Positions 8,985 through 18,865 of a DNA stretch of 64,000 nt are shown here, in pieces. Position numbers and translations under genes: made by a program. Below the pieces are notes generated by a model. It did not search any database. It saw only the letters and a program-made list of their open reading frames with translations, and was not told where the DNA came from. Source of the DNA: a virus. The stretch spans positions 11,227 through 75,226 of the IMG/VR virus record IMGVR_UViG_3300020190_000042. One strand, 5' to 3'. How positions within the stretch are numbered: the stretch's first letter is position 1; each line of letters starts with the position of its first letter.

Positions 8985-11738
8985 ATGAAGTTTTATTACA
9001 GCCGAAATAAAGAGGTCCGGAATCACGTCAACTCTCGGACCGGCAAAATCTCGGCTGGCGGCAACTTCAAAGCATTCAACGAGAACTGGGAGGCTCAGAC
9101 CGATACCGTCCAGGCTATTGCTGATAACGTCACGGAAGGCCATGGTCTGTGTGCGTGGCACCTTAACGACGGTAAAAGATCGCGAAACGAAACCGGTTGT
9201 ATAAAAGCTGGTCTGTTAATTATCGACGTTGATAATCAAGCTGACGGTAAAGATAAAGATGGAAACAAAATACAAGATCAACAGTTAGATGAAACTCAAG
9301 CACTCGAATTAGAGATCTGCAAAAAATATCTGAGCTTTGCATATTACTCGCCAAGTAATGAAGAAGGCTGGCCTAGGTTTCGTTTAGTTTTCGGCTTAGA
9401 AAAAGAGATTATCGATACTGGGTTTTATCAGTGGCTAACTCGGGAAATCTCTAAACAGATCCCAGGCTCAGATATCCGCGCAACGCAAGTACCGAACCTG
9501 TTTTACGGAGCAAAAGAAAATTCAAAACTTATTTATATAAGTAAGAACTACATACCAGCTAGCAAAATTGACGAGGCAAACCAAAAATATTTATCTCTAC
9601 CTAAAGACACAACTGATCGCGGGGGTGCCCACGAAGCTCTGGAAGCCCGTGTGGATCCTACGGGAGTCAACCTTGAGCAGCTCTTAGCTGCAAGCGTTCG
9701 AGGCATCCTCGACGGCGAAGAGGTCGAAGATCGATCCTTTGCCATGGCGGCGGCACTGAAGGAGATAATCGGCTGGTGTAACTGGCTGAACGAAGCGGGG
9801 GTTGCGGTTCGTAAACACCCCCTTGACACAGCGAACCAAGTGTTCGAGAATATCTACGAGTACGACCCCCAACTCGACGGCAAATTTGACCGGATCCTAG
9901 GCAGCATCACGGATGTTGCTTCCCTCAAGCCAGCGATCTCGATTGCATCGGAATCAGGGGAGGTAGCAATCTGGAAAAAGATAAAAACGCAAGATCGCGT
10001 TTTGTTTGATGCCGTTTGCCCAGATACGGTTAAAAATCAACTTAAAAGTCAGAAACCGAAGCCTTCAAACTCAATCCTGACGTTTGAAGACCCAACATTA
10101 ACACCTCAAATTACATCAACAAAAACAACGGATACTCCTATGGCACCCACGCCAACTCCTTCTTCCCCTGCTCAACTCGTTCAGCTTCAGTCCAACAACA
10201 AACAGTTCTCAGAGAACGACATTGCCGACGTAATCGTCAACAATTACGGCGATAAGTTCTTGTTCGATTCCAGCTTGGATGAGTTCTTCGCGTACGACGA
10301 AGATGAGGGTATATGGTACATAAACGACGAACATCACATTAAGCGCCGTATTGTAAAAACTCTGGACACCTTTGTCACCGCAGGGGTTTTGCCAAAGTAC
10401 AACTCAGCTACTGTCAGCTCTGTCTTCCATATCCTTAAGGCAAAGCTGCTGAAGTCCATTGACGGCGGACGCAGCTCAATCTGGAAGGCGGGACGCGGCA
10501 AAATCGCTTTTAGAAACGGCGTCTTCGACACCAAAGATCAATCTTTTAAAGACGGCAATCAGAAAGATCTGTTCTTTCAGACGAAACTTGCCTACGATTT
10601 TGACCTCAGTGCCACGTGCCCCGAGTTTTTAAAGTGGCTCGGATGGGCTGTCGGAAGTGACAAAGTAGTCTTAATCCGGGCTTACTGCCGTGCTGTTCTG
10701 ACGGGCTATACAACAGGCGAGAAGTTTCTGCACCTGATCGGCGCGGGTGGCTCGGGTAAATCCACGCTGCAGCAGGTGCTAATTGCGCTTGCTGGTTTCA
10801 GCGGCACTCACACCAGTGATCTTGAAACGATCGAGACAAACCGATTCGAGGCTCATAGCTTGATCGGTAAGCGCCTGTTGCTACTGACGGACGAAGCTTC
10901 GTTCAGCAAACGTTTGGACACTCTTAAGAAACTTACCTCCGCATCTGACACCCTGCGCGCAGAACGTAAGTACGGTACTCAAGTTATAAACTTTAAACCC
11001 GAACTGCTGGTCTCGATCGCAAGTAACGAGCACATCAGCTCCTCGGACATCAGTAGCGGTCTTGAGCGTCGGCGTCTGACGATCGTGATGAACAACGTTG
11101 TGCCGCCATCACAAAGGCGAGATCTGATTAGTGTGTACTCCGATAGAGTCGAAGGTGAGCTTGCCCCTGAGCTGCCGGGAATCGCTGCCTGGGCACTCAA
11201 CATGCCGATCGACGAGATGCGCGAGGTGTTGGCCAACCCCGTCAAGTTCTGTCCACATCTGAACGCTACGAACCTGGAAGCTCTGGTATTCAACAACCCG
11301 ATTTGCGCATGGCTTGCAGAATGCTGCTTGTACGCTCCCAATAGTCACACCACGCTCGGCGGTGGCGCTTTCCGACCCAGCATTGACGAACAGGAACGCG
11401 GTCTTTACATCAAAAACGCGTATCAGGAGATTTACGCGTCCTACGCAAACTTCGCTAAGTCAAACGGATACAAGGCTGCAGCTAAACCACGTTTTGTGGA
11501 TCGTTTAAAAGAAACTGTAAACAACGTGCTCAAGATTCCTGGTGTTGAGCCCAAGTTTGTAAATGGTCGTGCGGTTGTTAAAGGTCTAAGACTGAAACCT
11601 TATGACATGACGACAGATCGGGCATCCTGCGGTGACACGCGTCTGCCGTCACCTATAGAATACGCGTCGAATCCAAATCTTTGGGACGCTGCTTTTGCAG
11701 CACACGATACACCAAAACAAGACGACACCATTAATTGA
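8985..11738 (+). CDS. Primase (AEP/PrimPol-like) fused to a D5/P4-type SF3 helicase
   Basis: IIDVDN, SPS...PRFRLVF and D.RATQ..NLFYG in the N-terminus; D5_N-like IAFRNGVFD; Walker A GAGGSGKST, Walker B LLLTDE, AERKYG, ASNE, LERRR. Confidence 0.92.
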   Translation: MKFYYSRNKEVRNHVNSRTGKISAGGNFKAFNENWEAQTDTVQAIADNVTEGHGLCAWHLNDGKRSRNETGCIKAGLLIIDVDNQADGKDKDGNKIQDQQLDETQALELEICKKYLSFAYYSPSNEEGWPRFRLVFGLEKEIIDTGFYQWLTREISKQIPGSDIRATQVPNLFYGAKENSKLIYISKNYIPASKIDEANQKYLSLPKDTTDRGGAHEALEARVDPTGVNLEQLLAASVRGILDGEEVEDRSFAMAAALKEIIGWCNWLNEAGVAVRKHPLDTANQVFENIYEYDPQLDGKFDRILGSITDVASLKPAISIASESGEVAIWKKIKTQDRVLFDAVCPDTVKNQLKSQKPKPSNSILTFEDPTLTPQITSTKTTDTPMAPTPTPSSPAQLVQLQSNNKQFSENDIADVIVNNYGDKFLFDSSLDEFFAYDEDEGIWYINDEHHIKRRIVKTLDTFVTAGVLPKYNSATVSSVFHILKAKLLKSIDGGRSSIWKAGRGKIAFRNGVFDTKDQSFKDGNQKDLFFQTKLAYDFDLSATCPEFLKWLGWAVGSDKVVLIRAYCRAVLTGYTTGEKFLHLIGAGGSGKSTLQQVLIALAGFSGTHTSDLETIETNRFEAHSLIGKRLLLLTDEASFSKRLDTLKKLTSASDTLRAERKYGTQVINFKPELLVSIASNEHISSSDISSGLERRRLTIVMNNVVPPSQRRDLISVYSDRVEGELAPELPGIAAWALNMPIDEMREVLANPVKFCPHLNATNLEALVFNNPICAWLAECCLYAPNSHTTLGGGAFRPSIDEQERGLYIKNAYQEIYASYANFAKSNGYKAAAKPRFVDRLKETVNNVLKIPGVEPKFVNGRAVVKGLRLKPYDMTTDRASCGDTRLPSPIEYASNPNLWDAAFAAHDTPKQDDTIN

Positions 11739-11739
11739 C

Positions 11740-12306
11740 ATGATCGGCAAAACATTTGGTGCCATTATTGGACTCGGTGCAGCCTCCAGCATCACAGCTT
11801 TAGTGCTTGCACCGTCTCTTTATCCCGCGAGCATGGCAGCCATGGGCGGTGCGCTGGGCGGAGCTGCAGTAGTGAACGAATCAAGGCGACGCCGAGAGCA
11901 AACCGTTGTAGAGGCAACCCGAGTGGCTGCCGCCTTCAACGGTCTTTATGAAATCAACAAGGGTCTGGTGAGTCCACAGCAGCTTAGTTTTATGTGCGGG
12001 GTGCCGATCCAAAAGACGACTATTTTTCTAAAAGCTCTTTGCGAGCAACAAGGTGGAAAGCATATCCCTACAGAACGCGGCGAGGTATTTAACTTCCCGC
12101 ATCCTACCAGCGTGTTAGATCAATTGACCTCGAATGCGCAAGCGTGGGCCAAGAGTCAGACGGATCCTTTGCTGCAAGAGAATGCAACCCTTAAAATCGA
12201 AGTGTTGCGCCTCAACGCAGTCCTTAGCCGTCAGCCGTCTCAGATACAACCAAAACCATTAAATAATTCTGAAGAACAAGTTGACCCTTGGAATAAGCTC
12301 TTATGA
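11740..12306 (+). CDS. Hypothetical membrane protein
   Basis: Two N-terminal hydrophobic/Gly-Ala segments and a C-terminal coiled coil. Confidence 0.7.
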   Translation: MIGKTFGAIIGLGAASSITALVLAPSLYPASMAAMGGALGGAAVVNESRRRREQTVVEATRVAAAFNGLYEINKGLVSPQQLSFMCGVPIQKTTIFLKALCEQQGGKHIPTERGEVFNFPHPTSVLDQLTSNAQAWAKSQTDPLLQENATLKIEVLRLNAVLSRQPSQIQPKPLNNSEEQVDPWNKLL

Positions 12307-12332
12307 TAAAGGAACGCGCGAAGGCGAGTATG

Positions 12333-12358
12333 AGCCGGGCCTAATTAAGCCCGGCTTT
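12333..12358. terminator. Hairpin between convergent genes (probable terminator)
   Basis: AGCCGGGC-CTAATTAA-GCCCGGCT followed by a short T run. Confidence 0.55.
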
Positions 12359-12362
12359 CGCT

Positions 12363-13070
12363 TTAGAGATAATTCCAGCCAGCTAATCCAGAGTTGCTGT
12401 CCTGCAAAGCCGCTTCCAGCAGAGCATCGCGTATAACGGGAACTTGCTTGCCAATAAGCTGCCCGACTTGCTGAGCGATTAAACGGTGCTCTTGTTGCGT
12501 CCCAGGCGCATTCCGCAACCCGACATAAAAGATCCAACTACGAAGCGTGCCCATCATGTGAAGGCGGGTCGGAACGCACATCAACAAAATGTTACGGGCA
12601 CATTCCTTCGCCACGCCTGCGTTAACCATCTCGGCGTACAGGTCCTGAGATTCCTCAAACAGATCAATAATTCGCTGCCGGAAACCGCGCTCCGCTTGAT
12701 CGTCATCAAAGGCAAAGCTGTTTTGTCGATTTTTAAGATCCTGCGCCCGAAGCTCGAATAGCGGAGCGTCATCGACGACCTGTTCAAGGACATCAGAGGG
12801 ATCGCAATACCTTTGGCTCGTTTCCTGGAAAGTGAAGGAGCGGTGCCTAATGATCTGTGGCGAAATTGCCCGAGTCGTAATAATCTCAAACGAAGCACAA
12901 ACCTGCTCAAACACACTCCAATGACCGTGTTTGATGCAGTAGTTCAGGAGACGGACCGCTTCCCCACGGTCTGGATCTTTCGTGGAAACCCGGGCGTGGG
13001 CGGCAACAATCCGCTCAGCTTCCGGGGTTATCCAATCAAGACAAACCGAATGAAGCTTATTGCTCGCCAC
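12363..13070 (-). CDS. thyX: Flavin-dependent thymidylate synthase
   Basis: RHRSFTFQETSQRY signature, HGHWSVFE, KECAR, AQ/TQxEHR. Confidence 0.96.
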   Translation of the reverse strand: MASNKLHSVCLDWITPEAERIVAAHARVSTKDPDRGEAVRLLNYCIKHGHWSVFEQVCASFEIITTRAISPQIIRHRSFTFQETSQRYCDPSDVLEQVVDDAPLFELRAQDLKNRQNSFAFDDDQAERGFRQRIIDLFEESQDLYAEMVNAGVAKECARNILLMCVPTRLHMMGTLRSWIFYVGLRNAPGTQQEHRLIAQQVGQLIGKQVPVIRDALLEAALQDSNSGLAGWNYL

Positions 13071-13221
13071 CGTGTTTGATTACTTTTGACCCAGGAATAA
13101 TAGCCTCAGTAATACGCTCTACCAACCCCGGATTCCGTTTGGGTAGTTCCCCAGCCATACGCTGAGTCACGTAGGGCATCGAGGCGGGATCAGTCTGAGT
13201 GGCGGGTCCGGCGAAACGCAT
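13057..13221 (-). CDS. Small hypothetical protein (54 aa, below ORF-track cutoff)
   Basis: MRFAGPATQTDPASMPYVTQRMAGELPKRNPGLVERITEAIIPGSKVIKHGGEQ; fills the gap and overlaps the thyX start. Confidence 0.55.
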   Translation of the reverse strand: MRFAGPATQTDPASMPYVTQRMAGELPKRNPGLVERITEAIIPGSKVIKHGGEQ

Positions 13222-13223
13222 TG

Positions 13224-13355
13224 TCAGGTCCTGGGAAAAGCTTCTTGGTAACGAAGACGGCGGGTAACTTCAGAGGGAGTAATCCCAGCCAGCTTGTACG
13301 GTTCTAAACCGAGGCGCTGACCGGCCATCCGAATCGGAAAATCGGTGTCCCTCAT
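13224..13355 (-). CDS. Small hypothetical protein (43 aa, below cutoff)
   Basis: MRDTDFPIRMAGQRLGLEPYKLAGITPSEVTRRLRYQEAFPRT; ATGA overlap with the upstream stop. Confidence 0.6.
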   Translation of the reverse strand: MRDTDFPIRMAGQRLGLEPYKLAGITPSEVTRRLRYQEAFPRT

Positions 13356-13846
13356 TTGCCTTTTTGTAATTTAGCGCGAGCAATTGACATCAAATTATCC
13401 ATCATGTTATGCGTACTTAAAGGATAATCGGTCTGTTGCAGATGAGTATTTAAGAAGTTTTGTTTCGCGCCAGCCAACGCAGCTTGCATACGCATCCGCT
13501 GTTGGGGAGAGCCCTGCTGCAGCGACATCAAATACTGCGACTGACTCATGTCATCGGGACTATCCGGCAGAGGAATAGCCTTTTGGTTATAACCAGCGGG
13601 ACCGGTCAGCGCAGTGCTTTTTTTGATATTGCCCTCAGCGTATTCGACGGGTCCCACGGGGGGCCGGACATATGCACCGCGATCATGCTCCAGTTGAGAA
13701 GCAATACGGTTGGCATTATCGAGCTGAGCGACACGACGGATGCCCAGCAGGGGCTCTTGATTAATCCCGCCAAGACCAGGAGGCGCCATCAACATGGCCT
13801 GGTTCTCGGGGATTTTATTGGGCCCTGAGCCGGGTAAAATCGCCAC
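13352..13846 (-). CDS. Hypothetical protein
   Basis: 164 aa, tightly packed in a minus-strand run. Confidence 0.7.
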   Translation of the reverse strand: MAILPGSGPNKIPENQAMLMAPPGLGGINQEPLLGIRRVAQLDNANRIASQLEHDRGAYVRPPVGPVEYAEGNIKKSTALTGPAGYNQKAIPLPDSPDDMSQSQYLMSLQQGSPQQRMRMQAALAGAKQNFLNTHLQQTDYPLSTHNMMDNLMSIARAKLQKGK

Positions 13847-14070
13847 TACTGATCGCTCCTGTTAGCCGAACGGTCTCTAACTCTTATATTACTCGAACTA
13901 TTATTCAGCGGATTGTGATCTTTGTGATCAACATCTTTGCCGTCACCTTTGCTCACACGTCCGTCACGCTCTAAATGACGACGAGCTTTGTTGCGTGCAG
14001 CCCGACGTTTTTTCTGTTCCGCAGTTCCGTGAAAAGAATCATACTCTTCGCGGTAGTCTCTGTCGGGCAC
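13846..14070 (-). CDS. Small HNH (HNN) endonuclease-like protein
   Basis: RDYREEY...RAARNKARR...KGDGKDVDHKDHNPLNNSSSNIRV...NRS. Confidence 0.8.
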   Translation of the reverse strand: MPDRDYREEYDSFHGTAEQKKRRAARNKARRHLERDGRVSKGDGKDVDHKDHNPLNNSSSNIRVRDRSANRSDQ

Positions 14071-14084
14071 GAAATTACTTATTC

Positions 14085-14321
14085 TTAACTAATTGTAGGT
14101 ACAGGGAACAGCCACGGCTTACCAAATCGCTGGTCTTGAGAATCAAGGCGACTATGGTCCCGAACGAACTCTGCCAGATCGCGCTGATATTGCTGAAACA
14201 GCCCTGTATAACAGTAGTCACTGGGGGTATAAAACTCATAAAGTTCATCCAAGAACTCAGTTTTCGACTGCTCCCAGGAGGTGTCCCAGGTAGTCAGGAC
14301 CTGTTCTAAGTCAAATGCCAC
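14085..14321 (-). CDS. Hypothetical protein
   Basis: 78-aa ORF in the minus-strand run. Confidence 0.6.
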   Translation of the reverse strand: MAFDLEQVLTTWDTSWEQSKTEFLDELYEFYTPSDYCYTGLFQQYQRDLAEFVRDHSRLDSQDQRFGKPWLFPVPTIS

Positions 14322-14351
14322 GGTGAGTTTGTAAGCGAGAATACGTGAGCA

Positions 14352-14516
14352 TCACGAGTCTAAGCAGACCCGTAAAAGAGTTTGGCGATAATTCATCATT
14401 CGCGCCATTTCACGGGTCTCTAGATCCCCTAACGGGCTGTTATCTTCGTCCCAGTTAAAGGTCTTAAAGTCGGCACGTTGCTGAGCGCAACGCTCAATAT
14501 TTCTCCAGTCAATCAT
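14352..14516 (-). CDS. Small hypothetical protein (54 aa, below cutoff)
   Basis: MIDWRNIERCAQQRADF...; start overlaps the endolysin stop (TGATG). Confidence 0.5.
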   Translation of the reverse strand: MIDWRNIERCAQQRADFKTFNWDEDNSPLGDLETREMARMMNYRQTLLRVCLDS

Positions 14517-15754
14517 CATTTGTAAGCTTTAATGTACCAACCACTGTGAGGCGACTCCACTAGCCACCGGGGACCCAGGTTTTTCTTTGAGTAGGACTTG
14601 GCGTTCCCGTTGGTGGATTCGTATCCTCCACGAATTAGGTTAAGGTCGCCGAAGGGATCGTGGACAATATATGCGGTTCCGCTTTCATTGCGTCCGATAA
14701 CGATGATCCAATGACCCCCGCCGGTGGGGTTATCGACGGAACCCTTATGAAGGATCCCGATGGGAACAGGGATACCTTTATCTAACTGTTCATCAAGCGA
14801 GGCCCAGCTTCCGTTTTGTTTAAAGTCGGCTTTCACTCCGTAATCTTCTAAAGCTGCGAGCTGCGCAGCGGCAGACGTAGTATCTCCGTTTTTATATACC
14901 GTATTTATATACTCATCATCTGATTTAATACTATTAGGTTTTAGATACTTCAGCAGCATCGCGCAGGAACTTGAGAAACAAGTCCGCATCGGATCCCGCT
15001 GATTATCTCGTTGAGAATAATACGGGACGTTTAAGATCCGAGGTGCTGCCTCTGTAGGTTCCGTCACCTCAGGTTTGGGGTCGTTAATAATCTTCCAATG
15101 GCTGGGATAAAACCACCACGGCTTGTCGGGCTGCGCTTCAAGTTGCACACGATAATGAGTCGCACCCGGGACCATTGTGATGGTCTGCCAAACGTGGGCG
15201 GAACCCTTGGGCACAAAGAGTTTTTCTTCGGCGGCAAGCGCACTGGATGCGAGAGGTTTGCGTTTCAACCACGTGTCGCGCTGAGCCAAAATCGAGTGCG
15301 CCAAAGCCGCGTTTAAAGGCTTTGATAAAAATAACTGCTTTTCCTTCTCGCGCCGGATTTTTAATCCTTCGCTTATTTTTCCGTCTTGGACCTTAACCCA
15401 CCGCAAAAATTCGGACGCAACGATCTGTTTCGAACAGTTGTCATGCAGCAAACGCAATAATGTTGAGCTACCGAAAGCGCCGAGACCGACGTTATAGGCA
15501 AAGCTAACTAAAGCATCGAATTCGTTTTGATTAACCTTTACTTTTAAGTAATTGTTGACTCCCTGCTCAAAAACCTGTAAGTCCTCTTCAAACAAACGAT
15601 CCGCTTCTTCTTTTGTGATACGCATTTGGGGGCCGATCTCAGGGCCGGTCGTACCGTATCCAATAGTCCAGATTCCGGCCTGGCATTGATACGAAACTAA
15701 CTCAAGCCCTTCGAATTTCTTTATAAAGTCGACCCCGCTTGAGGAGACTTTCAT
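14516..15754 (-). CDS. Endolysin: GH24 lysozyme fused to a C39-like cysteine peptidase
   Basis: FEG...YQCQAGIWTIGYG, NQNEFDALVSFAYNVG, RREKE; C-terminal VPYYSQRDN, CFSSSCAM, GHWI, HDP triad. Confidence 0.9.
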   Translation of the reverse strand: MKVSSSGVDFIKKFEGLELVSYQCQAGIWTIGYGTTGPEIGPQMRITKEEADRLFEEDLQVFEQGVNNYLKVKVNQNEFDALVSFAYNVGLGAFGSSTLLRLLHDNCSKQIVASEFLRWVKVQDGKISEGLKIRREKEKQLFLSKPLNAALAHSILAQRDTWLKRKPLASSALAAEEKLFVPKGSAHVWQTITMVPGATHYRVQLEAQPDKPWWFYPSHWKIINDPKPEVTEPTEAAPRILNVPYYSQRDNQRDPMRTCFSSSCAMLLKYLKPNSIKSDDEYINTVYKNGDTTSAAAQLAALEDYGVKADFKQNGSWASLDEQLDKGIPVPIGILHKGSVDNPTGGGHWIIVIGRNESGTAYIVHDPFGDLNLIRGGYESTNGNAKSYSKKNLGPRWLVESPHSGWYIKAYK

Positions 15755-16191
15755 CAGGTGCTGGTAACGTCGATGCCCACGCGGTACTCGGCACCGCTAC
15801 GTCCCTTCAGTTGAATGTAGGTGTAGAAAGCACCCGAGCTGTTGATCGTGGTGGAGCTAACAGCGGTAGCGCGGGTGCTGAACTTCGAGGGAGCAGCAGT
15901 CAGCACGCCCGAACCATAAGAATCTAAAACAATCACGTCTCCACAAGAGTTCTGATTGCGGATCGCCACGCGCATGATGCCGGTAGCGTTTACGGTCAGT
16001 TGGTAATAATCGGAGATGCCGTAGATGCCATCAGCGGCGTATTCACGAGACGAGGCAGAGACAACAACCACACCGCTAGCATTCAGGGTCCGACGCTGAT
16101 CGAAATGCGTGGACTCAGTGCGGCGGGAAGTATCAGTAATACCGCTATTAATAACGCCATCCAGCTCTAAGTTCTTGGTAAACTGTGACAT
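15754..16191 (-). CDS. Putative virion/surface protein with PPC-like beta-sandwich
   Basis: DYYQLTV...DVIVLDSYG...GAFYTYIQ...EYRV resembles the pre-peptidase C-terminal domain. Confidence 0.55.
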   Translation of the reverse strand: MSQFTKNLELDGVINSGITDTSRRTESTHFDQRRTLNASGVVVVSASSREYAADGIYGISDYYQLTVNATGIMRVAIRNQNSCGDVIVLDSYGSGVLTAAPSKFSTRATAVSSTTINSSGAFYTYIQLKGRSGAEYRVGIDVTST

Positions 16192-16283
16192 CAACGGTTC
16201 CTCACGATAGTTATATTTTAAGCGAAAATCCATGTTCGTTTATACCCGCCGCCAAGTAAAATTTATTTAGCAAAGCAGAAAGT

Positions 16284-16553
16284 GTGGGACCCGAGGCCTT
16301 GATTGCAGCATTTGCCACGCTGGCTGGTGTGCTTACGTGGTCTCATCAACAGAGACAAAACGTTTTAAATGAGCGGTTTAGCTCAATAAAGAAACGATTA
16401 GAGCAGGTAGAGAAAGATATAGTTGACTTCCCGCGTGTATATGCGTCCAAGACTGATCTTAATTCAGGATTAATAGATATTAAAGATCGTTTAAACCATA
16501 TTAATGACAAATTAGATCAATTAATACTGAGCAGAATCAATGAAAAACCCTAA
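16284..16553 (+). CDS. Membrane-anchored coiled-coil protein (holin/lysis accessory-like)
   Basis: N-terminal hydrophobic helix plus coiled coil, near the endolysin. Confidence 0.6.
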   Translation: MGPEALIAAFATLAGVLTWSHQQRQNVLNERFSSIKKRLEQVEKDIVDFPRVYASKTDLNSGLIDIKDRLNHINDKLDQLILSRINEKP

Positions 16554-16854
16554 GTACAATTTTTGGTGTGCAGTAATTTATGAAATCGTAAACGCGTTTG
16601 CACAACACTACAAATCCTTAAGAACAAATAAAATTGTAAAATTACTTTTAAATTACTGTAAGCACGATTGGGTGCTTTGGAAGGTTGAATCTACGCTGCG
16701 GGATCTTGAGGTGCAGACTGAAAAAATAAAAAAGCAATGGGAGGCTCAAGAGCCTCCAAAATTCTCAATAATCGAGCACGAGCCCGATGGGTCAAAAGCT
16801 CAAGAGCTGCTCGGAGGCGCAATCGAAATCAAAAGTAATTTTAAACGCGACTGA
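16540..16854 (+). CDS. Hypothetical protein
   Basis: Overlapping operonic ORF. Confidence 0.65.
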   Translation: MKNPKYNFWCAVIYEIVNAFAQHYKSLRTNKIVKLLLNYCKHDWVLWKVESTLRDLEVQTEKIKKQWEAQEPPKFSIIEHEPDGSKAQELLGGAIEIKSNFKRD

Positions 16855-16883
16855 CTAAACTTAAATAGAAGGGTTTATCACAT

Positions 16884-17060
16884 ATGGAACAACTTCTCAC
16901 CCACCTCCAACAACTGATGGCGATTTTATTCGCTATCCACGCTCTGGCTCTCGCCATTGTGAACCTGACGCCTACGCCCAAAGACGATGCTGTGGTGGCA
17001 AAGTACTACCGAATCATCGAAATCTTAGCTGGGATCGTCACTCGTCTCGTTAAGAAGTAA
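16884..17060 (+). CDS. Putative holin-like peptide (58 aa, below cutoff)
   Basis: MEQLLTHLQQLMAILFAIHALALAIVNLTPTPKDDAVVAKYYRIIEILAGIVTRLVKK: TM helix plus TPTPKDD motif typical of small phage membrane proteins. Confidence 0.7.
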   Translation: MEQLLTHLQQLMAILFAIHALALAIVNLTPTPKDDAVVAKYYRIIEILAGIVTRLVKK

Positions 17061-17456
17061 ACCAGGATCATCTTCGGGGCGTGCCGGGAGTTTTAAAGGC
17101 TCTCGGCACACTTCTTCGTATTCGCGAGCAGCTATACTCTGCTCATGGTTGTAACTTAACCAATTCCAAATTGCCAATTCTCTATCGGGATCCCAGAATG
17201 TCTGGGACCGATACCACAATAGCCAACATTCATCAGACTTTTGCAGGTTGCAGGTCGGACAACAGGCTAATAAATTGCCTCGCTTTGTTGTCCCGTTTTT
17301 AGCGCGAGCTACAATATGATCAAGTGTATAAGCGCGATCCGATCCGCAGTAAGCGCATATATTATCCCAAGCGTCTAAAATATCCTTCCTAAACCGTTTT
17401 CTAGCAGTACGACGTTGTAAACACTGAAGATTAAATACAAGGTCGGACTCGCTCAC
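17025..17456 (-). CDS. HNH endonuclease (McrA-like, intact motifs)
   Basis: CAYCG...TLDHIV...NLLACCPTCNLQKS. Confidence 0.9.
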   Translation of the reverse strand: MSESDLVFNLQCLQRRTARKRFRKDILDAWDNICAYCGSDRAYTLDHIVARAKNGTTKRGNLLACCPTCNLQKSDECWLLWYRSQTFWDPDRELAIWNWLSYNHEQSIAAREYEEVCREPLKLPARPEDDPGLLLNETSDDPS

Positions 17457-17497
17457 AAAAAATGTGCGCGGGATTACTACTGTCTTAGCTACATATA

Positions 17498-17884
17498 TTA
17501 TACACTAATTTTGCTTAAGAATTTAGGTGATGAGCGTTCAATAACGGAAACACTGTGTCCCCTAGCACTAAAGGCAGTAGCTAAGTAATTACAAGCTAAT
17601 TCTGGATCAGTCGTATCGCCGCACGTAAATGCGTCCACAGCGGCAAATTCGCACTCGGGCCAGGTGTGGATGGAAATATGGGATTCGGCAAGGAGCGCAA
17701 ACCCTGTAATACCTTGCGGATCAAAAGCATGTGTGCAAATATCGATGAGCGTTGCGCCAGCTAAATCAGCTGCATTAGATAGCGCATTACGCACATAAGC
17801 TTCATCATTAAGCTTTGTTGCGTCCGCCCGATAAAGTTCAGCGACACAATGCTTACATTCCAATGAAGGCGCCCAACACGACAT
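17498..17884 (-). CDS. speD: S-adenosylmethionine decarboxylase proenzyme
   Basis: HAFDPQGITGFALLAESHISIHTWPE...VDAFTCG (E/S autocleavage site). Confidence 0.95.
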   Translation of the reverse strand: MSCWAPSLECKHCVAELYRADATKLNDEAYVRNALSNAADLAGATLIDICTHAFDPQGITGFALLAESHISIHTWPECEFAAVDAFTCGDTTDPELACNYLATAFSARGHSVSVIERSSPKFLSKISV

Positions 17885-17932
17885 TTAATTTTAAGAGCGA
17901 TACCCTAACCTGAAGCCCGGCATACAAATCTT

Positions 17933-18814
17933 ATGAACAACGTAAGAATCCAATGGCTGAGTTCGGATAAAAACCTGTTCGAGGTTGATTGGCTCAGATT
18001 CTTATTTAAAGGTATTCAAGATTTTGTAGATGTTGAGTTCGATAGCCGCAAGATACGAGCGGACGCCAACGCGATACTCATATGCAACCACGCGGTGCCC
18101 TACCGGGATGTGCTCGATCAGTTACGAGCTAATGGCAAGAGATATGCGATCGTTTTACTGAGCGACGAAAACTTGCGCGAGCCCTGCGAATGGCTGCACG
18201 ATCCAGCCTGCGTAAAACTACACCGTAATTACATACACCCAAACCACTTAGACCATCCAAAAGTTCAATTTTTTGGGCTCGGGTATAAACGTGACCTTGT
18301 AAGACACTTAAAAAACCCCGTTTCTTCCAGGGATTACAGCTGGTGTTTCGCAGGAACCCCGCACGGCGAACGCCAAAAAATGCTAGATATTTTTCAAAAA
18401 GTTAAAAGCTACAAAATTCATACCTGTAGCGGTTTCGGCGCTGAAGACGGTTTAACGACTGAAGAATACGCCGAAATGCTGCAGCGGAGCGTTTTTGCCC
18501 TGTGTCCGGAAGGGCAGGACAGCATGGATTCGTTTCGAATTTACGAGGCACTCGAAGCAGGCTGCATCCCTGTAACTAGAACGCATTCCAGGCAATTTCT
18601 GATTAAACCATCGTATTGGCACGCAGCTTTTTACGGTGTTCAGGATCTGCCGTTCGTTTACGCCGAGACATTTGAGGACTGCTTGGCTAAGATGACGGCC
18701 TTATCGACGCAGGAGGTTGAGGCGCTTCAAAAGAACTGCAAACAGCTCTGGGCACATTATAAAAACGTGTGGCAAACCCAATTCACCCAAACTTACAATC
18801 TTTTAGTTAACTAG
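17933..18814 (+). CDS. Exostosin-family (GT47-like) glycosyltransferase
   Basis: WCFAG...R, EYAEMLQRSVFALCPEG...SFRIYEALEAGCIPV. Confidence 0.85.
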   Translation: MNNVRIQWLSSDKNLFEVDWLRFLFKGIQDFVDVEFDSRKIRADANAILICNHAVPYRDVLDQLRANGKRYAIVLLSDENLREPCEWLHDPACVKLHRNYIHPNHLDHPKVQFFGLGYKRDLVRHLKNPVSSRDYSWCFAGTPHGERQKMLDIFQKVKSYKIHTCSGFGAEDGLTTEEYAEMLQRSVFALCPEGQDSMDSFRIYEALEAGCIPVTRTHSRQFLIKPSYWHAAFYGVQDLPFVYAETFEDCLAKMTALSTQEVEALQKNCKQLWAHYKNVWQTQFTQTYNLLVN

Positions 18815-18865
18815 ATCTACACACTACGAAGTTCACCAACGACACAAAAACACCCGATTACGGCG

